Assembly (NCBI GenBank): GCA_963725665.1
Contig: CAVRZA010000001.1
Location: 224,001 to 288,000 of the forward strand
DNA: 64,000 nucleotides
Source: an uncultured Actinomycetes bacterium
GTDB taxonomy: Bacteria; Actinomycetota; Thermoleophilia; UBA2241
Direction of reading: 5' to 3'
How positions within the stretch are numbered: the stretch's first letter is position 1; the number at the start of each line of letters is the position of its first letter. Below, piece after piece: positions 27,108 through 38,005 of the stretch. A program made the position numbers and the translations under genes. The notes under the pieces were generated by a model, which worked only from the letters and a program-made list of their open reading frames with translations, did no database searches and was not told the DNA's origin.

Positions 27108-28502
27108 ATGGCAGACGGTACTGTGTATCCCTACATCCCGAACTCCGTGCCCGAAGTCAAGGAGGAGATGCTCAAGACGGTCGGCATCTCCAGCACGGAG
27201 GACATCTACGCGGAGATCCCCGCTCATCTGCGCTTCAAGCGCAAGCTTGAGACCCCCGGTCCGATCCCCTCGGAGTACGCCTTGCGGCGCCACGTCGAGG
27301 AGATCCTCGACAAGAACAAGGACTGCAAGCAGTACATCGGCTTCCTCGGCGGCGGCGTGTGGAACCACCACGTCCCGTCGGTCGTCACCACCATCATGGA
27401 ACGCGACGAGTTCCTCACCTCCTACGTCGGCGAGGCCTACGCCGACCACGGCAAGTGGCAGGCTCAGTTCGAGTTTGCCAGCTGCATCGCCGAGCTCGTC
27501 GAGATGGACATGGTCAACACGCCCACCTACGACTGGGGCATGGCCGCCGCCACCTCGATCCGCATGGCCTCGCGCATCACGGGACGCGGCGAGGCCCTCT
27601 ACGCCGCCAACATCGGCCCCGAGCGTCTCTCCTGCATGAAGAACTACGCTTGGTCGGCGGTGCCCACCTTCACCGAGGTGGCCATCGACCCCACAACGGG
27701 GCTCACTCGATCTGGCCGACCTGAAGGCGAGACTCACCGACAAGGTGGCCGTCTTCTACTTCGAGAACCCCGCCTTCCTGGGCATGGTCGAGACGCAGGC
27801 GGCCGAGATCGTCGAGCTCGTGCACGCCGCCGGCGCCCTCGTAGCTGTGGGCGTCGACCCGATCTCGCTCGGCGTCCTCGAGGCCCCCGGCGTCTACGGC
27901 GCCGACATCGCCTGCGGCGACGTGCAGCCGCTGGGCATCCCCATGCAGGCCGGTGGCGGCCAGGGCGGCTTCGTCGCCACCCAGGACGAGCCGCGGTTCA
28001 CCGGCGAGTTCCCCTCGCTGCTCTTCGGCGTCACGCCGACGGTCGTCGAAGGCGAGTACGGCTTCGGCGAGGTCTTCTTCGAGCGCACCTCCTACGCCTC
28101 GCGCGAGAAGGCCAAGGACTTCCTCGGCACGATGGCCCAGCTGCACGGCATCGGCGCCGGCGTGTACCTGTCGCTGATGGGTCCGCAAGGGCATGCAGGA
28201 GCTCGGCGAGGGCATCATGCAGCGCTCGGCGTACTGCGCGGCCCGGCTTGCCGCGCTGCCCGGCGTCAAGGCGCCCGCGTTCTCGGCGCCCTTCTTCAAG
28301 GAGTTCGTGGTCGACTTCAACGGTACCGGCAAGACGCGTGGCCGAGATCAACAAGGCCCTGCTCGCGCACAAGATCCACGGCGGCAAGGACCTCTCCTCG
28401 ATGTTCCCCAGCCTGGGTCAGAGCGCGCTCTACTGCGTCACCGAGGTCCACACCAAGGGCGACCTCGATGCGCTCGTCGGCGCGCTGAAGGAGATCCTCT
28501 GA
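27108..28502 (+). CDS. gcvPA: Glycine dehydrogenase (decarboxylating) subunit 1-like (frameshifts near 27700, 28190 and 28340)
   Basis: YPYIPN, FLGGG.WNHHVP, YDW, QPLGIP, REKAK, FFKEFVV and CVTE motifs. Confidence 0.85.
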   Translation: MADGTVYPYIPNSVPEVKEEMLKTVGISSTEDIYAEIPAHLRFKRKLETPGPIPSEYALRRHVEEILDKNKDCKQYIGFLGGGVWNHHVPSVVTTIMERDEFLTSYVGEAYADHGKWQAQFEFASCIAELVEMDMVNTPTYDWGMAAATSIRMASRITGRGEALYAANIGPERLSCMKNYAWSAVPTFTEVAIDPTTGLTRSGRPEGETHRQGGRLLLREPRLPGHGRDAGGRDRRARARRRRPRSCGRRPDLARRPRGPRRLRRRHRLRRRAAAGHPHAGRWRPGRLRRHPGRAAVHRRVPLAALRRHADGRRRRVRLRRGLLRAHLLRLAREGQGLPRHDGPAARHRRRRVPVADGSARACRSSARASCSARRTARPGLPRCPASRRPRSRRPSSRSSWSTSTVPARRVAEINKALLAHKIHGGKDLSSMFPSLGQSALYCVTEVHTKGDLDALVGALKEIL

Positions 28503-28533
28503 CCCCGGCCCGGCTCGAGAAAGGAGAGAGTCC

Positions 28534-30093
28534 ATGGGCATCGTGAAAGTGCGCAAGAACTACCATCAGGCTCGCTGGGACGAGCCGATGATCTTCGAGC
28601 TCTCCACGCCGGGCGTGCGTGGCATCCTCCCGCCGGAGCCGGAGAAGGAGATCGCCGACGCGGTCGGCGACGTCGCCGGCAAGCTGCCGACGGGCATCCG
28701 CCGCAAGAAGCCGCCGGCGCTGCCCGAGGTCGACCAGAAGCAGGTCCTCTCCCACTTCCTGCACCTCTCGCAGGAGACGCTGGGCTCGAACCTGAACGCC
28801 GACCTGAGCCAGGGCACCTGCACGATGAAGTACAACCCGCGGGTCAACGAGGACCTCGTCATGGACCCGCGCTTCGCCTACGTGCACCCCTGGCAGGACG
28901 ACGACACGATGCAGGGCGTGCTCGAGATCTACTACAAGTTCGAGCAGATCCTCAAAGAGGTCTCGGGCATGGACCGCTTCACCCTCCAGCCGGGGGGCGG
29001 AGCGCACGCGGTGTTCACTGCGGCCTCGATCATCCGTGCCTACCATCGCGACCGCGGCGAGCTCGAGCAGCGCGACGAGGTCGTCACGACCATGTTCTCG
29101 CACCCCTGCGACGCCGCTTCGCCGCACACGGCCGGCTTCAAGATCGTCACCCTGATGCCGAACGAGGACGGCTATCCCGACCTCGACGCGCTGAAGGCGG
29201 TCGTCGGTCCGCACACGGCGGCGGTGCACATCACCAACCCCGAGGACACCGGCATCTACAACCCGCTGATCGACAAGTTCGTCGATGTCGTGCACGACGC
29301 CGGCGGCGTGTGCTTCAACGACCAGGCCAACGGCAACGTGCTCATGGGCATCGCCCGCACGCGCGACGCCGGCTTCGACCTCTGCCACTACAACGTGCAC
29401 AAGACGTTCGCCTCGCCGCACGCCGGCTCGGGTCCCGGCACCGGCGCCATGGGCTGCCGCGAGGAGTTCGCCAAGTACCTGCCCTACCCGACGGTGGAGT
29501 ACGACGAGAAGAGCGGCCGCTACTACCTCGACTACGACCGCCCCGAGTCGGTGGGCAAGATCAAGGGCTTCCTGGGCTCCGCCGGCGTCGTGCTGCGCGC
29601 CTACGCCTGGTGCGTCATGATGGGCCCCGACGGCCTGCGCGAGACGGCCGAGATGTCGGCCCTCAACAACAACTACTTCCTGAAGATGCTCGAGAAGGTG
29701 CCCGACCTGTACTACCCGTACGCCAAGGGGCATCGCCGCCTCGAGGAGGCACGCTGCAGCTGGGAGAGGCTCACCGAGAAGACCGGCGTCGGCACCGACG
29801 ACATCCTGCGCCGCGTGGGCGACTTCGGCCTGCAGCACTACTGGTCGAGCCACCATCCCTGGGTGGTGCCCGAGCCGATGACCCTCGAGCCCTGCGAGAC
29901 CTTCTCCAAGGAGGACCTCGAGGAGTACGCGGCGGTGCTGGAGATCATCGCCAAAGAGGCCTACGAGGACCCCGAGATGGTCAAGGGAGCGCCGTACAAG
30001 TGCGCCACGCACAAGCGCGCCGCCGAGGAGGAGCTCGACGATCCCGACAAGTGGGCCACGACCTGGAAGGCCTACAAGCGCAAGCACGGCTAA
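28534..30093 (+). CDS. gcvPB: Glycine dehydrogenase (decarboxylating) subunit 2-like
   Basis: GTCTMKYNP, TNPEDTG, DQAN, HYNVHKTFASPHAGSGPG (PLP Lys) and EPCET motifs. Confidence 0.9.
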   Translation: MGIVKVRKNYHQARWDEPMIFELSTPGVRGILPPEPEKEIADAVGDVAGKLPTGIRRKKPPALPEVDQKQVLSHFLHLSQETLGSNLNADLSQGTCTMKYNPRVNEDLVMDPRFAYVHPWQDDDTMQGVLEIYYKFEQILKEVSGMDRFTLQPGGGAHAVFTAASIIRAYHRDRGELEQRDEVVTTMFSHPCDAASPHTAGFKIVTLMPNEDGYPDLDALKAVVGPHTAAVHITNPEDTGIYNPLIDKFVDVVHDAGGVCFNDQANGNVLMGIARTRDAGFDLCHYNVHKTFASPHAGSGPGTGAMGCREEFAKYLPYPTVEYDEKSGRYYLDYDRPESVGKIKGFLGSAGVVLRAYAWCVMMGPDGLRETAEMSALNNNYFLKMLEKVPDLYYPYAKGHRRLEEARCSWERLTEKTGVGTDDILRRVGDFGLQHYWSSHHPWVVPEPMTLEPCETFSKEDLEEYAAVLEIIAKEAYEDPEMVKGAPYKCATHKRAAEEELDDPDKWATTWKAYKRKHG

Positions 30094-30273
30094 GCCTCGA
30101 TCTGTGACGGTCCAGTGAGAGGGAAGTGACGAGAGAGTAGGGATCAGACCCGTCCGCGCTGCGCGCCGCCGTCACGGCGGCGCGCAGCGCGGACGCGACG
30201 ATGACCGAAGCCCGAGGACGGCGGAGCACGACAGGCGCGCAAGCCTCTCGGGGATGACAGACCAGGAGGTCGT

Positions 30274-31409
30274 GTGCGGAAGGTGAAGCGACTGGGTCTC
30301 ATCGTCAATCCCGTCGCCGGCATGGGCGGCCGGGTCGGCCTCAAAGGGACCGACGGCGAGGAGATCCTCGCCAAGGCGCTGGCGCTGGGCGCCGAGCCGG
30401 AGGCACCCAGCCGGGTCGTCGAGGCCCTCAAGCAGCTCGGCGGCATAAGGGGCGACATCGAGATCCTGACCGTGTCGGGCGAGATGGGCGAGAACGAGCT
30501 GCGGGCCTGCGGCTTCGAGCCCACCGTGCTCTTCTCGACGAACGGCGACACGACGACCAGCGACGACACGCGGCGGGCGGCGCGCGAGCTCAAGGCCGCC
30601 GGCGTCGACCTGATCCTCTTCGCCGGCGGCGACGGCACTGCGCGCGACGTCTGCGCCGTGGTCGGCGACGACGTCGTCTGCCTCGGCGTGCCGGCGGGCT
30701 GCAAGATCCACTCTGGCGTGTACGGCATCAACCCGCGCAACGCCGGCGAGTTGGCGGCGCTCTACCTCGGGGGGCGCCGCTCGAAGGTCAGGCAGGGCGA
30801 GGTCATGGACATCGACGAGGACGCCTTCCGGCATGGTCGCGTCACGGCCGAGCTGTTCGGCTACCTCAGGGTGCCGGCCGACGAGAACCGGGTCCAGGGC
30901 GGCAAGGCCGGGCGCGCGCAGTCCGAGGAGAACGCCCTCGACGCCATCGCCTATCACGTCATGGACAACCTGATCTCCGGCTGCCTCTACATTCTCGGAA
31001 CAGGCAGTACCCTGTTCGGAATCAAACGGCGCCTCGGCATCGAGGGCACCCTGCTGGGGGTCGACGCCATGCGCGACGGCGAGTTGGTCGCAGCCGACGT
31101 CACCGAGCAGCAGCTCCTCGGTCTCCTCGGTCCCGAGGGCAGCATCGAGGCCCGCATCGTCGTCACGGTGATCGGGGGACAAGGCTACATCTTCGGCCGC
31201 GGCAACCAGCAGCTCAGCCCGCGTGTCATCGAGCGCGTCGGTCGCGAGAACATCATCGTCGTGGCCACCAAGAGGCAAGCTCGCCGCGCTTGCGCGGGCG
31301 GCCGCTCCTCGTCGACACGGGAAAGGAGGAGACAAACGAGATGCTGCGTGGCTACGTGCGCGTCATCGTGGGCTACCACGAGCAGATGGCCGTCAGGGTG
31401 AGTGCGTGA
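30274..31409 (+). CDS. ATP-NAD kinase family protein (frameshift near 31275)
   Basis: NPVAGMGGRVGLKGTDG, FAGGDGTARD, PAGCKIHS and GRGNQQLS motifs. Confidence 0.88.
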
Positions 31410-31496
31410 CGGTGCGGCGGGCACGTGCAGGGGGAAGGCGCCGGGGGGCGCCCACCTCGAATTCGAGTCTCGTCGTTCAAGAAAGGGGGAAATGCA

Positions 31497-32999
31497 ATGG
31501 CAGACGACTCTGGTAGACCGCCCAGGCCCGGACAGGACATGGAGCCGCCGGCGGCGCCCGGAGAAACCGCGGCCGAGCTCGCCGAGCGCGAGAAGTACTT
31601 CGCCGGTTCGGGGACGCTGAAGCGGTCCCTGCGCCTCTTCTACGTCTACGCCATCGCCACCGGCGCCATCTTCACGTTCATGGCGTACTGGGACGGATTC
31701 TTCTTGACGACGACCGGGCCCGTTCACCTTCATCGGCTTCGCCCTCATGATGGTCGCCGTCCTGCCCATCGGCTTCGTCTACGCCGAGTGGTCGGTGATG
31801 TGTCCCAGCGCTGGCGTCGAGCTGGTCTACGGCACCGTCGGCCTGAACAAGCACGCGGGCTTCTGGTCGACCTGGCTCATCCTGGCGGCCTGGCTAGCGG
31901 TGCCGCCGGCCGGTGTCTTGGGCATCGTGTCGTGGATCAACTACATGTTCGACCTGAACCTGTCGGTCGGGTGGATCGCGCTGATCAGCTGCGTCGTCCT
32001 CAGCCTCTATACGCTCTTGAGCCTGCAGAACATCACCATCTCGGGCCAGGTGCAGTCGGTCATGCTGATCTACGGCATCATCGCCTGCGTCATAGGATCC
32101 ATCCTGTGGATCACGAGCGACGCCTGGAGCTGGAGCAACTTCCACCCGTTCGTCCACTCGGGGCTCACGGCGCACTTCGGCATACCGGCGGCGGTCATCG
32201 GCGTGGCGCTGCTGGTCACGCCCTACTTCGGCTTCGAGATCGTGCCCAACATGGTGGAGGAGGGCGACTTCCCCATCACCAAGCAGAACCAGGCCATCCT
32301 GGGCTCGATCATCACCTGCGGCCTACTGTACGTGTTCTACTACTTCGCCCTCTCCGGCATGGACACGTGGGGTGCCCTGACCGGCGACGGCACGGGGCAG
32401 CCGTTCGCCTCGCTGCACGCGTTCAAGGACCAGATCGGCAACACGGGTTTCTGGGCCGTGTGGCTGTGGATCTTCGGCATCGGCGCCGCCCTCTTCCCCA
32501 TCACCACCTCGGTGCTGGGTTTCTGGCTGAGCAGTGTGCGCATGCTCTACGCCATGGGACGGCAGAACTTCCTGCCCAAGGCGTTCGCCAAGACCAACAA
32601 GCACCACCAGCCGATCCTGCCGAACATCCTCATCCTGGGTGTTAGCCTGGCGGCCATCATGACGATGAACTACACGACCTTCCTGCAGACGTTCTTCACC
32701 CTCATGGCGTTCGCGGCCGCATCCTGCTACGCGATCATCTCCGCGGCGTCGATCGTCGCGCCTACAAGCACCCCGACTGGGAGCGGCCCTACAAGATCCC
32801 CGGCGGCATGTTCATGCGCTGGCTGAGTCTCGTCATCTCGGTCGTCTTTGCCTTCCTCACCACGCTGGGCCAGGCCGGCTGGACGACCATGGCCGAGCAC
32901 CTGGGCATCGGCGCCCTCCTCTGGATCTGGATGATCGCCAGCCAGTGGCGCAAGGAACCGGTCTGGATGGAGACACCCGACGGCATCAAGGAGTACTGA
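31497..32999 (+). CDS. APC-family amino acid/amine permease (frameshifts near 31720 and 32755)
   Basis: GAIF, YAE, PSAG, YFGFE and RMLYAMGR..FLPK motifs; about 12 TM segments. Confidence 0.88.
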
Positions 33000-33019
33000 T
33001 CCGCATATCGAGCGTATAG

Positions 33020-33045
33020 GAGGGGGCGGCGCAAGCCGCCCCCTC
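33020..33045 (+). terminator. GC hairpin with GCAA tetraloop (terminator or mRNA stabiliser)
   Basis: GAGGGGGCGGC-GCAA-GCCGCCCCCTC with only a weak U tract. Confidence 0.6.
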
Positions 33046-33079
33046 TTCGCTTCCCTGAACAGCGCCTAGGAGGCGACGC

Positions 33080-33855
33080 ATGTGTAGAAGACTCGACCAC
33101 AAGACCGCCGTCGTCACCGGTGCCGCCAAGGGCATCGGGCGCGGCATCGCCGGCGTGTTCGCCGCGGAGGGCGCCAACGTCGTCGTCGTCGACGTCGACG
33201 AGACCGCCGGCGCCGCGGCCGCCGAAGAGCTGCGCGGCTCCGGCGCGCAGGCCGTCTTCGTGCAAGACCGACATCACCGACGAGGCGTCGTGCGAGGCCG
33301 CCGTCAAGGCCGCCATCGATCGGTTCGGGCCCGTCGACATCCTCTGCAGCAACGCCGGCATCTACCCGATCGGCGCGCCTCGAGGAGATGACCGAGGAGA
33401 AGTGGGACGCGATTTTCGCCGTCAACGTCAAGGGCATGCTGTTCATGGTGCAAGCCGTCCTGCCGGGCATGCGCGAGCGGAGAAGGGGAAGCATCGTGCT
33501 CACCTCCTCGATCACCGGTCCCGTGACGGGCTTCCCCGGCTGGTCGCACTACGGGGCGACCAAGGCGGCCATGCTGGGCTTCATGCACAGCGCCGCCATC
33601 GAGCTCGCCGAGCACGCCATCACGATCAACGCGGTGCTGCCGGGCAACGTCATGAGCCCGGGCCTCGAGGACATGGGCGAGGACTACATGCGCATCATGA
33701 AGGAGTCGGTGCCGCTGGGCAGGCTCGCGGAGCCCGAGGACATCGCCTACGCGGCCCTGTTCCTCGCCTCCGACGAGGCTCGCTACATCACCGGTCAGAC
33801 CCTCATCGTCGACGGCGGGCAGGTGCTGCCCGAGTCGGTGCTGGCGCTCAAGTAG
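33080..33855 (+). CDS. SDR oxidoreductase, aminopropanol (amino-alcohol) dehydrogenase-like (two frameshifts)
   Basis: TGAAKGIG, NAGIYP, SSITGPVTGFPGWSHYGATK and DGGQVLPES motifs. Confidence 0.85.
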
Positions 33856-33901
33856 AATCCCGCACAGGTCCTACCATCCGACAGCAGGGAGGGAACCAAC
33901 G

Positions 33902-34679
33902 ATGGGACGGTTGACCGGGAAGGTCGCCCTCGTCACCGGCGGGGCGCTGGGGATCGGCGCGGCGACAGTGAAGATGTTCGCGGCCGAAGGGGCGCGGGTC
34001 GTGCTCGCCGACATCAACGAGTCGGCGGCGGCGCGGGTCGTCGAGGAGACGCGCGCAGCGGGCGGCGAGGTGACGTTCGTGCGGCTCGACGTCTCGAGCG
34101 AGGAGGACTGGCGGCGGAGCCATCGCCGAGACGCTGCGGCTCTACGGCAAGCTCAACGTGCTCGTCAACAACGCCGGCATCTCGCTCGGCCACGACGTCG
34201 AGGAGACCACGCTCGAGGAGTGGGACCACCTCATGGGCATCAATGCCACGGGCGTGTTCCTGGGCATGAAGCACGCCATCGCGGCGATGAAGGACAACGG
34301 CGAGCCGTGCTCGATCATCAACCGCTCGTCGATCGACGGTCAGATCGGCGAGGCGGGTCTCTTCGCCTACTGCGCCTCGAAGGGCGCCGTGACGATCATG
34401 ACGAAGTCGGCGGCTCTCGCGACCGGCGCCAAGGGGTACACGATCCGGGTCAACTCGGTCCACCCCGGCTACGTGCACACGCCGCTCACCGAGAAGGAGG
34501 CGGCGGACTTCGGCCTGGCACCCGACGCGTACTTCAAGAAGGTCGGCGCGCAGCACCCCATCGGCTTCATCGGCGAGCCCATCGACATCGCCTACCTCGA
34601 TCTCTACCTCGCCTCGGACGAGTCACGCTGGGTCACGGGCGCCGAGTTCACGATCGACGGCGGGTGGACGGCGCAGTAG
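33902..34679 (+). CDS. SDR oxidoreductase (3alpha,20beta-HSD / cyclopentanol dehydrogenase-like; frameshift near 34115)
   Basis: TGGALGIG, NNAG, YCASKG, IRVNSVHPG and DGGWTAQ motifs. Confidence 0.88.
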
Positions 34680-34712
34680 CGCTGCTCGAGGCCTGAGCGC
34701 CATGAGCCGCCG

Positions 34713-36653
34713 GTGCAGGCGCCCGTCCCGGTGCGCCGTCACGCGGCGACGACGCCGAAGCGGACGTCGACGGTGCTGGTCACCATGCCGTTCGCGAGCT
34801 TCAGGCAGCCCTCTCTTGCGCTCGGACTGCTCAAGGCGTCTCTCGCGTCCGCAGGCGAGCGCGTGTCGGTCGTCGATGCGACGCTCACCTTCGCCGAGAT
34901 GATCGGCTCCGAGATCTACGACCTCATCGCCACGTGGCGCCCCGAGGATCTCCTCGGTGACTGGGTCTTCGCGGCGGCGATCTCGCCGCCGTCCGCACAC
35001 ACGCCTGAGCAGTACGAGCGCGACATCCTGGCGGGCGGACTGCGCGAGCACGACGTGCCGTTCTTCGGCAAGATGCCGCTCACGGATGGGCTACGCGCGC
35101 GAGCTCGCCGACGTGCGGCGACGTGCCGACGAGTTCCTCGAGCGCTGCCTGGCGGAGGTGGCGGCGTGGGAGCCGTCGGTCGTCGGCTTCACGAGCATGT
35201 TCCACCAGACCGCCGCCTCGCTGGCGCTGGCGGAGCGGGTCAAGGCGGTGCTGCCTGAGACCTTCGTGGTCTTCGGGGGCGCGAGCTGCCGCGGAGAGAC
35301 GGGGTCGGAGCTGCTGCGCCGTTTTCGCTTCGTGGATGCGGTCGCTACAGGTGAGGGAGAGGCGGTGCTGCCCGAGCTGGTGCGCAGAATGCGCGCGCGG
35401 GCAGCGGCTCGATGGCATCGGCGGTCTCCTGACGGCCCAGCACCGAGAGGTCGGCGGGCAGCCGCCCGAGGAGCACGCGGACGACCGCCCTCTCGTCGAC
35501 CTCGACTCGTTGCCGCTGCCCGACTACGACGACTACTTCGCGCGCTTGGCCAGCGGCGACCTGAACGGGACCTTCACGCCCCGTCTGCCGTTCGAGACCT
35601 CACGCGGCTGCTGGTGGGGCGAGAGGCGTCGCTGCGTCTTCTGCGGCCAGGCGAGCGGCAGTCTGACGTATCGGCGCAAGAGCGGCGAGCGCAGCCTGAC
35701 GGAGCTCGAGGAGCTCGCTCGCCGCCATCCCGAGTCGCCCGTGATCGTGACCGACGAGATCGTATCGCCCCGCGCCTTCCGCGACTTCTTCCCGCAGGTG
35801 CCGGCTCGCGTCCCCGGCCTCCAGGTCCTCTACCTCGAGGTGCGGCCCGGCCTGAGCAAGGATCGGTTGCGCCTGCTCGCCCAGGCCGGGGTGCGTCGGC
35901 TGGAGGCCGGCGTGGAGAACCTCAGCACGTCGGTGCTCAAGCTGATGCGCAAGGGCACCACCGGCCTCCAGGGAGTGGAGCTGCTCAAGTGGGCCCGCGA
36001 GTTGGGTATCGAGGTGGTCTGGAACTACCTGTGGGGCCTGCCGGGGGAGGATGCCGGCCGAGTACGAGCGGGTGGCGGGATTGATCCCCCTCATCACCCA
36101 TCTGCAGCCGCCGAACGCGGTCGGCGTCGTGCGCGTCGACCGCTTCAGCCCGCTGTTCGAGGACCCGACGCGCTTCGGCATCGCCGGCCTGCGTCCCTAC
36201 CCGGCCTATGGCTACGTGTACGACCTGCCGCCGGAGTCGCTGGGTCGCCTGGCCTACTACTTCACCTTCGAGAGACCCGGCCGGCCGGACGTGGACCGCT
36301 ACACGACGCCGCTGGCGGAGAGCATCGCGCGCTGGAAGGATGTCCACGCGTCTAGCATGCTCGCCTACAGCGACGACGGCGACCGGCTGGTCGTCTTCGA
36401 GAGGCGCCCGGGGTACGACGAGGAAGAGGTGACGGTGCTCGACGGCGAGCACCGTCACCTCTTCCTCGCCTGCGACGGGGTGCGGAACGTCTCTCAGCTC
36501 GCTCGTGAGCTGTCGGCGCGCCGGGGCAGTGAGGTGACCACCGTGGAGGCCCGGGACCTGCTGGATGAGATCGTCGCACAGGGGCTGATGCTGCGCGAGG
36601 AGTCCTCCTACCTTAGTCTGGCGCTGCCGCTTCCCCCGCAGCCGGTGGGCTGA
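34713..36653 (+). CDS. B12-binding radical SAM enzyme of the RiPP-maturation type (frameshifts near 35100, 35400 and 36050)
   Basis: MPFA..RQPSLALGLLK, VGFTSMF.Q, ETSRGCWWGERRRCVFCG, WNYLWGLPGE, HLQPP and DRFSP motifs. Confidence 0.85.
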
Positions 36654-37134
36654 CGCCATCGAGGGCGGCGGCCGCTTTCGCGGCCGCCGCCCGCATCTGC
36701 TCTGAGCTGTAACAGAAGACGGAGAGCGCCTCCGCCACACGGTAACCGCGCTCGCGCACCAGGCCGGCAAGCCGGTCGAGCGAACCGATCGGGCCGCCCG
36801 CATGGGTGACGCCGACCACGGTCGCCCTGCCTCCACCTGCTGGGAGCTGCGCCACGAAGCTGCGCACCGGAGGGGAGGACATCCATCCCCAGGTGGGCGA
36901 GTAGACGACGAGGGCGTCGTAGGTCGCGCTCTCGGGGATGGGGGTGGTCAACTCGACGACCGTCCCCGCCATCGCCTGTGCGACACCGCGGATGCCGGCC
37001 GTGAAGTACGAGTAGGGCTTTGCCGGCAGGACCTCGAGCAGCGTCGCCTGGTGGCCGTTCAGTGCCTCTGCCGTGGCCTGCGCGAGAGAGCCCGTGTAGC
37101 CGGTGAGCGAGTAGTAGGCGATGATGACCCTCAC
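36613..37134 (-). CDS. Flavodoxin-like protein
   Basis: YYSLTGYT, YDALVVYSPTW and THAG motifs. Confidence 0.8.
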   Translation of the reverse strand: MRVIIAYYSLTGYTGSLAQATAEALNGHQATLLEVLPAKPYSYFTAGIRGVAQAMAGTVVELTTPIPESATYDALVVYSPTWGWMSSPPVRSFVAQLPAGGGRATVVGVTHAGGPIGSLDRLAGLVRERGYRVAEALSVFCYSSEQMRAAAAKAAAALDGVSPPAAGEAAAPD

Positions 37135-37343
37135 GCTGGTGCCGACCTCCTCGCCGGTCGCCGGCCACCCACTTGCGGGCGTGCGATAGGCTCAACCGGT
37201 CGCCCCGGCTGCCGGCGCCGAGAGCATATGCGTCGCGCGCGCCCTCTGTCATCGCGCCGACAAGCTTTGCTTTGGTGGCGAATCGGGGTAGGTTGCCGGC
37301 CAGGACAACGGCGCGTGCAGCGTCAGTGCAGAGAGGAGGCCTC

Positions 37344-37997
37344 ATGAGCGACGAGACGCCCGAGGTACGCGAAGAACCGAGACCCGCCCCCGCGGTCGGG
37401 ACCGTCGAGCGGCCGCGCATCCTGGTGGCCTTCGCCACGAAGCACGGGTCGACTCCCGAGGTGGCCGAGGCGGTCGCCGAGGAGCTGCGCGCCGGCGGGG
37501 CCGACGTCGACGTGCGGCCGGCGAGCCTCGACGGGGGCCTGAGCGGCTACCAGGCGGTGGTGCTCGGGGCGCCGATGATCCTGGGCTGGCACAAGGACGC
37601 CCTGCGCTTCATCGAACGTCATCGGTCGGAGCTGGCGACGATGACCACCGCCTACTTCGTGACGGCGGCGTCGCTGACCGAGACCGGGGAGGAGCGCATC
37701 GACGCCGTCCCCATCGTGAAGGACCCGTGGCTCGCGAAGCGGCCGAAGGATCCCGCCAGGATGAGCTTCCGCGAGCGCTACGCACGCCCCTCGGAGTACC
37801 TCAAGAAGCCCTTTGCGAAGGCGCCCGAGGTCCGTCCCTCGTCGGTCGCCTTCTTCGCCGGCTCACTCGACCTGACGAACATGAACATCTTCGAAAAGCT
37901 CTTCGTGATGCTCGTCATCGGCGCGACCCCGGGCGACTCGCGCAACTGGGATGCCATCCGCGACTGGGCGCGAGGCCTTCTGCCGCTGGGATCATAG
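37344..37997 (+). CDS. Flavodoxin domain protein (HemG-like)
   Basis: FATKHGST.EVAE, FFAGSLD and GDSRNWDAIRDWA motifs; AGGAGG RBS. Confidence 0.85.
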   Translation: MSDETPEVREEPRPAPAVGTVERPRILVAFATKHGSTPEVAEAVAEELRAGGADVDVRPASLDGGLSGYQAVVLGAPMILGWHKDALRFIERHRSELATMTTAYFVTAASLTETGEERIDAVPIVKDPWLAKRPKDPARMSFRERYARPSEYLKKPFAKAPEVRPSSVAFFAGSLDLTNMNIFEKLFVMLVIGATPGDSRNWDAIRDWARGLLPLGS

Positions 37998-38005
37998 GAG
38001 GCGTG

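Noticed and set aside
22000-36100. Programmed frameshifting or mass pseudogenisation
   Set aside because: No consistent slippery motif, motifs intact, no internal stops; sequencing indels are more parsimonious
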